This document shows, in pieces, positions 50,022 to 61,362 of a stretch of 64,000 bases of DNA. This DNA comes from Centroscyllium fabricii. Lineage: Eukaryota. The DNA lies in contig JBNRSN020000003.1 of assembly GCA_051313645.2 (NCBI GenBank), positions 422,096,001 to 422,160,000 of the forward strand, given 5' to 3'. The position numbers and the translations under genes are program-made. A model generated the notes under the pieces. The model saw nothing but the letters and a program-made list of their open reading frames with translations. It was not told where the DNA came from and ran no database searches. The stretch's first letter is position 1, and every line of letters begins with the position of its first letter.

Positions 50022-51554
50022 CTGCAGTGAAGAAATAGCAAGCATGTAAGAAAGTGTCAAATTGACAATGGTCAAGTAACTGCAGTGGTCTAGGACTGGC
50101 TGCAGTAACCTCCTGCTGAGGAAGGAAAGTCTGATTGGCCGAGAGAGAGTGCACTGTGCAGCAAAACAAATCCCAGAAAGTGGTTTGTTTTCAAATATAA
50201 AACAAGCTAATTTGTTTAAAAAAAAGAAAAGTTCAAATAAATAAATCTAACATTGCATTAGCTTACATGTTAACGCATTAGCCTCGCATTAGTGTTTGTA
50301 AGCAGAGCAGAGACTTTGGCAGAACACAAGAGAAAACCCACCATGCAACTAGTATTTTTGCCAACATATCCCTTGGCATTATTCCCACTCTTGTCTAAGC
50401 AAACTGCATCATGGTTCACAGATTTGAAATGCAAGAATACCTGACTGCTATTAAGCATTAAGAAAGCACAATGTTCAGCAGAGCACGAGAGTTTTTAAAT
50501 ATCTATTTAACTAGGAACAAAACGCTTCCAAAATAGACCAGACCCATATTTAATGTTTAGCTAGCATCTTATTTTTGAAGACTAATAAATATTTACAATC
50601 TTTTGGCTTTCGAGTACAGCAGACAAGCAGAACACATGCGTTTTACAGAAACATGCTGACAGATGAGACACACATCAGCCAGAAGACAGACTTAGAATGC
50701 TGTGGCTGGTGGTACAAAGAGGCAGAAGCTGCTGGCAGAATGAGGAACTGGTTAACTTTGTGCATAGGGGTGAAAAAGTTAATACTCAAAATAAAATATA
50801 GCATGTAACAGGGAATGGCACAAATATAGAGGCTATTGCACAAACTGCTGTTATTCTATCAGGAGCATAGAAGTCGTTTTAAGCACTACAGATGCAAGCT
50901 AATGTTGCAGATTTGAGTGGAACTTCACAAAATCACTGTCAATAGCATTTATTCTACAGAGCTCAGAGAAACTATGGAATATCGATAAATTCATTTGGTC
51001 TTCTACTAACTATTAGCAACATTTCAGGCAGAGGAAAACAGTCTCCTCTCACATTCTACCTATGTTTCCATTTGAGTTCTTCCTTCTCCCACACCAGTGT
51101 CCAACAGTCAGTATACGGGAAAGTCCAACAGAAATTTGAATAATACACTAAAGGAACAATCTAAACCACACAAATTGGGCAACCAGACAAGTAGTGCAGT
51201 GTTGGTGTTTTGCCACGAGATGTGATCAGCACAATTAGCAAACATCACTAAAGGATTCTAACACATTTTCTTTCCATGAAATCTTTGCAAGATAGCTTTA
51301 GATCAGTGTCCTTTATTTATTTTTCTCCATGTACCTGATATACTCTTCACTGAAATGAAGTGCCTACAAATATATGCATTAAAAAATTTGATTTTCTTTC
51401 GCATGCTTTTGGAAAAATGTATAAATTTTAACTTGAAAACACTTTTGCACGAGACTCAAACTATTTATCATTTTAGCCACTTAAATGCAGCACAGAAATT
51501 AAAAAACTATCTTTTTGGGTGACCATCCCTCTTTGCCATCGGCCATGAAATATA

Positions 51555-51886
51555 CAGGAAGCTCTTTTTTATTCTCACCGACGGGACCAGCGTGGTGCCG
51601 GTTTATCAAAAGGTCCAGATTACAGAGAGGTACAGTTTAAAAGTACGAGAGCCCCGTACACAACAAACCCAGGCGTCCCTGTTGCTTAGCAACAGGTGCA
51701 GGAACACCGGCCACAAGATCAGGCGTCCCTGTTGCTTAGCAACAGGTGCAGGAACCCCGGTTACACGGACACAGATCCAGGAACGGCCACTAATATGAAG
51801 TAAAACTTAACTGAACCTACTCCTGAATTTTGCCGGTTAACAGAGATTTCCGGTTATTTAGGAGCTGGTAAATTGAAAGTTTCCTG
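51555..51886. mobile_element. Tigger-like MITE with a 50-bp internal duplication
   Basis: TA|CAGGAAGCT ... AGTTTCCTG; duplicated caggcgtccctgttgcttagcaacaggtgcaggaac at 51670 and 51720. Confidence 0.6.
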
Positions 51887-51887
51887 T

Positions 51888-52176
51888 TGTAGCATAACCA
51901 CTAGGGGGAGACACCTCTGGTCTCCCCAGGACGTTATAATCCCCATTCCAGAGTTGGTCCCGCCCCTGTTTCCCCATTGGGCAGTTGGATCAACAGTCCC
52001 GGTTCCTGATTGGTTCTGCGGGCTGCCAGTCAAACGCCCCATGATGCTTTGCGGTTTCGCGCCTTTTGTCAGTCCATCGTTTTTGGATTTGAACTAATAA
52101 AGACCTGTTAAAGTTTGCTCTGCCACCTTTCGACGCTTTATTGAATTTAAAGAGTGGGGAACGGCCGTTCCCTACA
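51888..52176 (+). mobile_element. Solo LTR (289 bp)
   Basis: TGTAG...CTACA termini, 4-bp TSD CTGT (51884-51887 and 52177-52180), AATAAA at 52096-52101, GC box and two ATTGG. Confidence 0.85.
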
Positions 52177-52791
52177 CTGTATATCCAAACTGTACAATAA
52201 GGGTACATAGTAAACTCAAGATAAGGGTAACCCCCAATCACTGAACCTCCATCAACAGTGTCATTTGGTCCGACAAGCTGGTCTTGACCATCAGGTCAGC
52301 AAACGGAAATACTTTGTTCACATGATAGTTTATGGCATACTCTGAACTAAGCTCCCAATTTCAGCAGCGAAGAGATAGATGCCTGCAACTGATGAAATCA
52401 GGACAATGTTCAAACAGGTGTATGAAAGAAAGTAAAGTATTCTAAAACTAAAGTCTCCATCAACCTCATTTAGGAAGACTTGCTCAAATTCCATTACTCA
52501 ATTATAGAGCAAATCAATGCATAAACTTGTTGTGGAAGCATGGTTTATAATACAGTACAATTTGTTTTAGTTGACAGTTTCCAATAAAAATGGAAGACCA
52601 TAATATTGTAAACCATGCTCATTTACATTACTTGGAAGGTGGTCCCTGGCTCACCAAGAGAGGTATGTATTGCAGATCAGGTCAACAACATACCCTGAAA
52701 ATGTCAACGAGCAGCTCAGAGAACATTTTCTGTTTAGTGCTATAAAATTATCAATGGTCAATACCTTTCTTATAGACCGGAGGTATATATA

Positions 52792-53142
52792 CAGGTTGAA
52801 TACCGTATAGCGAAAAAAACGGAAGAACGAAGCTGGCCAATGCACGCACCATTCAAAATGGCTGCGCGCATGCGCATAATATTGGAAATGGTCGCCAAAG
52901 TTTTGAATGATCTGCGCATGCGCCGCCGAATGGTGAGCGCATGCGCAAATCATGCGAAATGGCCGCCAAACGTTTGAATGGTCTGAGCATGCGCTCACCA
53001 TTCGGCGGCGCATGCACAGATCATTCACCAAAGCAGCGATCACGGCGGCCATTTTGCGCATGCGCAGGGCAGTCAGGGCGATTTGTGCCAGACGACTGAA
53101 ATTTCCGGCTTTTTGGTGACCGAATAAACGGTGTTCAACCTG
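52792..53142. mobile_element. Tigger-like MITE with GCGCATGCGC cluster
   Basis: TA|CAGGTTGAATACCGT ... ACGGTGTTCAACCTG|TA; four full and two near GCGCATGCGC motifs. Confidence 0.85.
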
Positions 53143-53259
53143 TATGTAGCCCAACAATGCATAAAGTGCTTTTCTACAGCACATTTAAACACCAGGGGGA
53201 AGAAAAGTACAGTGCAAGCACATCACCAGGTCCACTCCACATCTGTACTGTTACCAAGT

Positions 53260-54800
53260 GTCAGCCGTGGCTCCGCGGCAGCACTTTTTGCCCGAGTCAG
53301 CCCCACTCCAGAGACTTGAGCACCTAACTCAGGCTGATGCATCAGTGCAGTACTGAAGGAGTGCTGATCTATTAGATGTGCTGTCATTTAGATGGGACGT
53401 TAAAAGAAAACCTAGTCCTTGCTCAAGTGCAGATACAAGATCCCATGGCACTATTTGAAGAGGAGATGGGGAGTTTTCCTTGTGTACTGGCCGATAGTTA
53501 TCCCTCAACCAAAACAGATCATCTGAGCATTGATCTCATAGCTGTTTGTGGAAGCTTGCTGTGTGCAAACTGGCTGTTGCATGGGATCCAGGGCACGTTG
53601 GCACATTGGATCCAAAACTGGCTTAGTGGCAGGAGACAGAGGGTGATGGTCGAAGGTTGCTTTTGTGACTGGAAGCCTGTGTCCAGTGGGGTACTGCAGG
53701 GATCAGTGCTGGGTCCCTTGCTATTTGTAGTCTACATTAATGATTTGGATATGAATGTAAAAGGTATGATCAGTAAGTTCGCCGATGACACGAAAATTGG
53801 TGGGTTGGTAGATAGCAAGGAGGGAAGCCTCAGGCTACAGGACAATATAGATGGGTTGGTCAGATGGGCGGAACAGTGGCAAATGGAATTTAACCCTGAA
53901 AAGTGTGAGTTGATGCATTTTGGAAGGACTAACAAGGCAAGGGAATACACAATGAACGGTAAGACCCTAGGAAAGACAGAGGATCAGAGGGACCTTGGTG
54001 TGCATGTACATAGATCCCTGAAGGCAGCAGGGCAGGTGGATAAGGTGGTTAAAAAGGCATATGGGATACTCGCTTTCATTAGCCAAGGCATAGAATATAA
54101 GAGCAGGGAGGTTATGATGGAGCTGTACAAAACGCTGGTAAGGCCACAGCTGGAGTACTGTGTGCAGTTCTGGTCGCCACACTATAGGAAGGATGGGATT
54201 GCTTTGGAGAGGGTGCAGAGGAGATTCACCAGGATGTTACCTGGGCTGGAGCGCTTCAGCTATGAGGAAACACTGGACAGGCTGGGGTTGTTTTCCTTGG
54301 AGCAGAGAAGGCTGAGGAGGGACCTGATTGAGGTGCAAAATTATGAGGGGCATAGATAGGGTAGATAGAAAGGATCATTTTCCCTTAGTAGAGGGGTCAA
54401 TAACCAGGGGGCATAGTTTCAAGGTAAGCGGCAGGAGGTTTAGAGGAGATTTGTAGAAGAACTTTTTCACCCAGAGGGTGGTTGGAATCTGGAACTCACT
54501 GCCTGAAAGGGTGGTAGAGGCAGGAACCCTCAGAACATTCAAGAAGCATTTAGATGCGCACTTGAAATGCCATAGCATACAAGGCTACGGACCAAGTGCT
54601 GGAAAATGGGATTAGAATAGACAGGGCTCGATGGCCGGTGCAGACACGATGGGCCGAAGGGACTCTTTCTGTGCTGTAAAACTCTGACTCTGCATTTGCC
54701 TACATTGCAACAGTGACCACACTCCAAAGTACACCATTGGTTGTGAAGCACTTTGGGATATCCCGAGATGTGAGGGGTCATATAAATGCAAGTTGTTTCT
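53260..54800 (+). mobile_element. Deu-domain SINE split by a CR1 insertion
   Basis: 5' part 53260-53580 and 3' part 54691-54800 (ttgcctacattgcaacagtgac...gaagcactttggga...ataaatgcaag). Confidence 0.7.
53580..54690 (+). mobile_element. 5'-truncated CR1 LINE (subfamily A) RT fragment
   Basis: WIQNWL..RRQRV, SGV.QGSVLGPLLF, FADDTK, RPQLEYCVQFWSP; candidate TSD TGCAT (53578-53582 and 54691-54695). Confidence 0.93.
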
Positions 54801-55982
54801 TTACTAATTGGCAAGTGGGATGCAGAGAACAAACACTCGAGGACCCCAATAAACATTAAGACGGCCATTTTACCCAACGCACCGTCCCTCCTTTAAAACT
54901 GAAGGGCACCTCAAATAAGTCGCCAGTTTCTCTGCCACACTATTTTTAGTGTTCAGAGAATCTGTCTTGAGGTCCAAAGTTAGAGGTCTGTCAAACTGCA
55001 TTGTGAGCAATACTGCCCAGTGCTAAAAGAATATCTGTGCAGTATGTCCCACACGGCAACACCGCATTCAGTCACAGGAAAAGTACAAACTCAATCATTA
55101 AATCCAAAAAATGCAAGCAGAATACATGCGGAAATGCTTTTGTAAGTTGTGACAATACCTGCAATCCAAAGTATGCAGTCCCCATGTGATCAAGTAGCAT
55201 GAAAGCATGAAATTCTACCATAAAGATACACAGTTTTTTGTGCTCATAATTTAGGTTTCCAATCATGATGTTTATCTTGCCGTTAATATTTTGACGTGGT
55301 ATTATCCAGCAATACTGAAGATCAGTGATGTATAAAATTGACAAAATTATAATATGTAAAAACTACAGGGCCAGAAAATTAAGATGGTGTACATTATCTT
55401 ATTTGAATGTAGTAACTCGGTTGAAAAAATTTATGTTCGCAAGCAGCTATATTTCTGTTTTCCATTTTTACTTGGAAAAGGGGTCAATAATTAGAACCAT
55501 TCATAAATATATTGCAAACTCAGCTATATCTTTACTGCATCATAACCTTCTGAATATAGAAATGTGTTTTTGATTTCTCCCTTTTCCTCTTTTAATTTCT
55601 ATTCAGTTATAAAAATCTTTTAAAATTCAAGTTTTTCTTCCCCTCCACTAGCTCATTTCTTTCTCTTTGATTGTTGTCCCTACCTTTTGCCCATCTCCAT
55701 TGTCCAATAACGAAGGAGGTATATTCTGAAACATAGGGTCTTCCTAACCAGTGTTGGCATTTTTCTTTGCTGTATCTACTGATCATAAGACTCGCTTCAA
55801 CTAGGGGCATTACAAAAAGCAATTTAATTGCATGGAGTGGAAGTGCAATGAAGAATTAGACGCAAACGAGAGATGCTAGAAAAACCGCTGAGGAATTTAA
55901 GAAAACTTGGCAGTCAAGAGAGGTTACACACAGCACGGACGCGATGGGCCGAAGGGCCTCTTTCTGTGCTGTAAAACTCTAT

Positions 55983-56962
55983 GGGGGCTAAATTCATCAG
56001 CGCACGATTGGCCGCTAAATTTGGCACATTGCACCGGCGCTAAATTAGCGCCAACAGGTCAGATATTGGCGCTAGCGGCGGCCTTGAAGATTTCGGCGCA
56101 AATTCACACTTTGTACGAGAGTCAGGCAGCCAATGTACCGGCGCTAATGGCCGTTCCCGGGCGCAGCGCTCCCTGACTAACTGCTTGCTTCCCCATGGCC
56201 TCTGCAGCCGATGAGGCCTTAAAGGGGAAGCAGAGCAGCAGCTGTTCTCCGTGCTCTCTGAGCAGTTGCGTCTCGGTGGGTCGCGGCGACCCCCGATCGG
56301 TGGGTTAAGAGAGCTAAAGCTGTGATACTGAAACTCTGAATTGGGTTATGCAGTGTTAAATTTCATACAATTAATTAAATTGATTCTGAATCCTAAAATA
56401 ACCCTTCCTCTTCGGTCCGAGCACAGCCAGCTGATGGGGGGAGTTGGCCTCAGCGGCCAATTGATGAGAGAGCGGGGAGGGGGGCCGGATCTCTGATCAT
56501 TTGCGTCTTGGTGGGTCGCCGCGACCCCCCGATCGCGGGTCGCCGCGACCCACCAAGACGCAAATGATCAGAGATCTGGCCCCCCTCCCTGCTCTCTCAT
56601 CAATTGGCCGCTGAGGCCGACTCCCCCCCCCCCCCCCGCCCCGCCCCAATCAGCTGGCTGCGCTCGGATCGAAGAGGGAGGGTGGCCCTTTCAGCAGCGC
56701 AGAAGCGGCCACTCAAAGCCGCTGCAGCGCTTGCAAAAGCTGCCGCTGATCGTGCGAAGGCCAATATCAGGCGCAGCCCGCCGGTGGCCGTTGCACACGC
56801 GTTGCCACGACGATTGTTGATCGTCAGGTGGCGCAGCGCTAGCGTTTAGCACCGGCGCTAACCACCATGCCAATTTAGCGCCCGGCGCTAATTTGGGCGC
56901 TACCCCATTAGCACCGATTTTCGGCGCTAAAGGCCCGGCACTAAGGCGCCAGTTTTTCGCCC
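55983..56962. mobile_element. GC-rich Harbinger-like MITE with ~280-bp internal palindrome, inserted in a CR1 tail
   Basis: 3-bp TSD TAT (55980-55982 and 56963-56965), GGG...CCC termini, many GGCGCTA/TAGCGCC subterminal motifs, palindrome at 56402-56682. Confidence 0.8.
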
Positions 56963-56974
56963 TATGACTATGAG

Positions 56975-57955
56975 TAAGTTGGACAACTATGTAACTGGGC
57001 AGAACAGCAGCAAATAAAATTTAATTCACACAAATGTTAAATATTGCACATAGGACGGAAGAAAAATTAAGCAATACATATATTTTGTGAATGGTCTTGA
57101 AATAGCTAAGGATGAACTTGAAAGAGAGCTAGGAATCTCAGCAGACTCAACACTCAGCATGTCCAACTAATTCAGAGCAGCAATCAACAAATCAAATGGA
57201 AGGCTGAACTACCATAGCCAAAACTGTAGAATGTAAGTCAGGAAGTCATGACTATAATCTATACAGCGCTCTGGTCAGATCACACCTCGAGTTCGGTGTC
57301 CTATTCTAGTCGCCAAGACATAGTGGTGACATTCAAGTGCCCAAGGCAGTACAGGTTGAGCACCAGTAATCCGGCACCTGTTGGTCCGGCACCTTCAGTG
57401 GTCCAGCACGAATCGAAACAGGTGGTCTTCAGTTTGCGGAGCAGCCGCTCAATGGTACCACTGTTTCCCGCGAAGGGTGCGCGAGCGCCGAAGGCGTCGG
57501 GCGTTTGGGTTTCTGTTTTTTTAGGTCTTCTAAGTGTTCCATCCCCGGGCTCCCTCCCGGGGAGTGTTCGACCGCGCGCTCCGGGCCCCGGGGAGTGTTC
57601 TGCCCGCGCGTTCTACCCGAATCTTCAGTGGTTCGGAAATTTTAGTGGTCCGGCACCGGCCTGGTCCCAAGGGTGCCGGATTACTGGTGCTCAACCTATA
57701 CATAGAAGAGCCATGAGGCTGATCCATAATGTCAAAGGTCTGTGTTATGAGTAACGACTAGAGAAACCTAGGCTTTTTATCCTGGAAAAGAGACATCCAC
57801 AAGGTGATCAGATACAAATAAGTAGCATAGTTAAGGGAATGGAAAAGGTAAATCTGGAAGATCACTAGTTTAAATTGCGAGAGTAAGACATAGATACAGA
57901 TTCAAACTAATAAAAGGCAAATTTAGGATGGATATCTGGAAATTATTTTTCAAAG
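56975..57955 (+). mobile_element. Ancient decayed CR1 fragment interrupted by a MITE
   Basis: Remnants such as tatacagcgctctggtcagatcacacctcgagt and aaggcaaatttaggatggat. Confidence 0.55.
57352..57698. mobile_element. Tigger-like MITE (family B, opposite orientation)
   Basis: TIR CAGGTTGAGCACCAGTAATCCGGCACC at both ends (terminal base mutated on the right); TA flanks. Confidence 0.9.
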
Positions 57956-58327
57956 TCAGCAACAGGATAAGAGGGAGCTGTTACGTTTGCACGGGCTTCA
58001 CTTGAATCATGCTGGGGCTGGAGTCCTGGTGAATCGAATAACAAGGGCTGTAGAGAGGGCTTCAAACTAAATAGTGGGGGAGGGTTCAGGTGGGTGGGAA
58101 TTTAAGAAGCCAATGAGAAATGAGAAAACAATAGAGCAGGATAGAGAGGGGGGAAACAATAACCAGAGTGTGACAGGAAGGGACAGAATGTTTAAAAATA
58201 AGAGTGCAACAGAAAATGGGGTCAAAACAAGAAGAAATGGTAAAATGACGAAGCTCAATGCTCTGTAACTGAATGCACGCAACATTCGTAACAAGATGAT
58301 GAGCTAATGGCACAAAGAGATACAAAT

Positions 58328-59123
58328 GGGGGCAAAAACGGGAGGGCAAATTATTATTTAAATGGCAATAGATTGGGAGATGGGGAAGTACAGCGAGACC
58401 TGGGTGTTCTTGTGCACCAGTCATTGAAGGCGAGCATGCAGGTGCAACAGGCGGTCAGGAAGGCAAATGGTATGCTGGCCTTCATATCAAAAGGGTTAGA
58501 ATACAGGAACAAGGACACCTTACTACAGCTGTACAGGGCACTGGTGAGACCACACCTCGAGTACTGTGTGCAGTTTTGGTCGCCTCATCTGAGGAAGGAT
58601 GTTCTTGCCATGGAAGGAGTGCAGCGGCGATTCACCAGGCTGATACCAGGAATGGCAGGAATGACCTATGAGGAGAGACTATGTAGTTTGGGGATGTACA
58701 CACTGGAGTTTAGAAGATTGAGAGGGGATCTCATAGAAACATATAAAATTCTGACAGGCCTGGACAGACTAGATGCAGAAGGAATGTTTCCGATGGCAGG
58801 AGAGTATAGAACTAGGGGACACAGTTTAAGGATAAGGGCTAAACCATTTAGGACAGAGATGAGGAGGAATTTCTTCACCCAGAGAGTGGTGAACCTGTGG
58901 AACTCACTGCCACAGAGGGCAGTGGACGCCAGCTCATTAAACATATTTAAGAGGGAATTAGATATATTTCTGCAGGCAAAAGGGGTTAAAGGTTACGGAG
59001 AGAAGGCAGGGACGGGATACTGAACTGAAGGATCAGCCATGATCTCATTGAATGGCGGAGCAGGCTCGAAGGGCCGAATGGCCTACTCCTGCTCCTATCA
59101 TCTATGTATCTATGTATCTATGT
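58328..59123 (+). mobile_element. Young 5'-truncated CR1 (subfamily B) nested in the older CR1 endonuclease region
   Basis: Intact ORF end (YYLNGNRLG...KGYGEKAGTGY*), close to 36470-37250; (ctatgtat)n tail; host resumes at atctgattgccatt. Confidence 0.92.
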
Positions 59124-59614
59124 ATCTGATTGCCATTCGAGACGTGGTTGCAAGGTGACCAGGGCTGGGAACTGAATATTCCAGGGTATTTGACAATTCG
59201 GAAGGAACAGAAAGGAAAGGGAGGTGGGGAGGCTTTGTTGGTAAAGGATGGGATCAGTGCAGTGGTGATAAGTGATATCGGCTCAGAAGATCAAGATGTA
59301 GAATCAGTTTGGGTGGAGATAAAAAATAATAAGGGGAAGAAGTCTCTGGTGGGCGTAGTCTACAGGCCCCCGAACAGTAGCAATGCTGTTGGACAGAGTA
59401 TAAATCAACAAATAATGAAGGCCTGTTTACGGTAATAATCACGGGTGATTTTAATCTCCATATTGATTGGACAAATCAAATTGGCTATGGTGGCCTTGAG
59501 GAGGAGTTCACAGAGGGTATCCGGGATGGTTTCCTAGAACAGTCTGTAATGGAACCAACCAGGGAGCAGGCCATCTTGGATCTGGTACTGCGTAATGAGA
59601 CAGAATTAATAAAT

Positions 59615-60672
59615 AAGTAATAAGTAAATTTTATTGTCACATAACTGAACAAAATTCAGACAGTGAAATGCCTACTGCCAATTCCACACGTGCTACACAT
59701 CAACCAACAACAAAAGAACATAAGATACAAAGCACGCCCGGAACCCGCAAGACGTCAAGCCATTCTCCGGCGCCATCATTGAGGGTCTGCTAATGCTCCA
59801 GCTCTATAATTCGATGTTGTTAACCTTCTTCCTTTACTGCAATACACTGCTGAATCGAGGATCTTGATGGTTACAAGACTAAATTCCCGCACTCCGTGAG
59901 TGAAGAATGGAGTCCAGTGCCCGACCTTCGGTCCACGAACAGGCCCAACGAACCGCCAGAACTCCCGCACTCAGGGAGTTAAGATTGAATTCCTGCTGAC
60001 CGACCATCGGCCCGAGGACAATGAACCGCCGAACTCCAGTATTTTGGTAGCGAAGAATAGGAAGGCTGATTTGCAACCTTCATCCAGAGAACGGGCCCAG
60101 CTGATCTACCAGCTCCCACACCTCCGGACTGAAGAAAGGACGTTCCAGGACCTAACCTTCGGCTCGAGAATGGGCCCAGCTGATCCATGGTCTCCTGCAC
60201 CTAGGGATTGAAGAAACGGCTGTCCGAGGCCTAACCTTCGGCTTGAGAACGGGCCCAGCTGAACTACCAGCTCCCGCACCTCGGGAGAGAAGAAACGGCG
60301 ATCTGGGGCCTCCCCTTCGGCCCGAGAATGGGCCCACCTGTTCAACGCGCTCCTGCACCTCGGGAGTGAAGAAACGGCGATCTGGGGCCTCCCCTTCGGC
60401 CCGAGAACGGGCCCAGCTGATCAACGCGCTCCCGCACCTCGGAAGAGAAAAAACGGCGATCTGGGGCCGACCCTTCAGCTCGGTCTCCGAAACCATCAAA
60501 ATCCCCCAAAACTTGAAAATTAAATTTAAAATTCAAACTTAAACCATCGGCCAGACTCTCCCCTGACTTTCCGAGGCCGATGTTTTAAATTTAAATTCAA
60601 AATATTGATGTAAATAATATCAAATTTGAATTCTAGCAGCGCTCCATCGTACCAACCGCTCCAGCGCCCCCT
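59615..60672 (-). mobile_element. Non-autonomous retroposon-like insertion with Rex1-type 3' tail and 79-bp tandem array
   Basis: Interrupts host CR1 at ...ataaat|gatctt...; minus-strand 3' end catttcactgt...gtgacaataaaa(ttactta)n; no transposase or RT coding. Confidence 0.7.
59885..60485. repeat. ~79-bp tandem repeat, ~7.5 copies
   Basis: gaagaa anchor recurs at ~59902, 59980, 60052, 60131, 60210, 60289, 60368 and 60447. Confidence 0.88.
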
Positions 60673-60979
60673 ATGATCTTATAGTAAAGGATCCTCTCGG
60701 AAAGAGTGATCATAGCATGGTTGAATTTCAAATTCAGTTGGAGGGTGAGAAAGATGTATCTCAAACCAGTGTCCTGATCTTAAACAAAGGCAAATACAAT
60801 GGCATGAGGGCAGAACTGGCTAAAGTGGACTGGAAAATAAATTAAAGGGTAAGACAGTTGAAATACAGTGGCAGACATTTGAGATGATATTTCATAACTC
60901 AACAAAAATATATTCCAGTGAGAAAGAAAGATTTTGAGAGAAGGCAGCACCATCCGTGGCTAACTAAGGAACTAACGTT

Positions 60980-61362
60980 CGGCACGGTGGCGCAGTGGTT
61001 AGCACTGCTGTCTCACAGCACTGGAGACCCGGGTTCAAATCCAGCCTCGGGTACTATCTGTGTGGAGTTTGCACATTCTCCCCGTGTCTGCGTGGGTTTC
61101 CTCCAGGTGCTCCGGTTTCCTCCCACAGTCCAAAGATGTGCGGGTTAGGTTGATTGGCCAGGATAAATTGACACTTAGTGTTAGGGGGATTAAATATGTG
61201 GGGTTACGGGGATAGGGTGGGATATGGGTCGGTGCAGGCTCGATAGGGATATGGGGAGAGGGCAGGGAGCTGGGTTTGGATGATCAGCCATGATCTCATT
61301 GAATGGCGGAGCAGGCTCGAAGGGCTGAATGGCCTACTCCTGCTTCTAGTTTCTATGTTTCT
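60980..61362 (+). mobile_element. HE1-like V-SINE nested in CR1
   Basis: Head, V-domain and tail; host resumes at aaggatcgtataaaattg. Confidence 0.92.

Noticed and set aside
53376-53580. N-terminal extension on the 327-aa RT ORF, suggesting a novel fusion gene
   Set aside because: It is Deu-SINE sequence that happens to be in frame with a 5'-truncated CR1.
59885-60485. Regularly spaced repeats resembling a CRISPR array
   Set aside because: Whole 79-bp units are homologous with no unique spacers, there are no cas genes, and the context is vertebrate intron.
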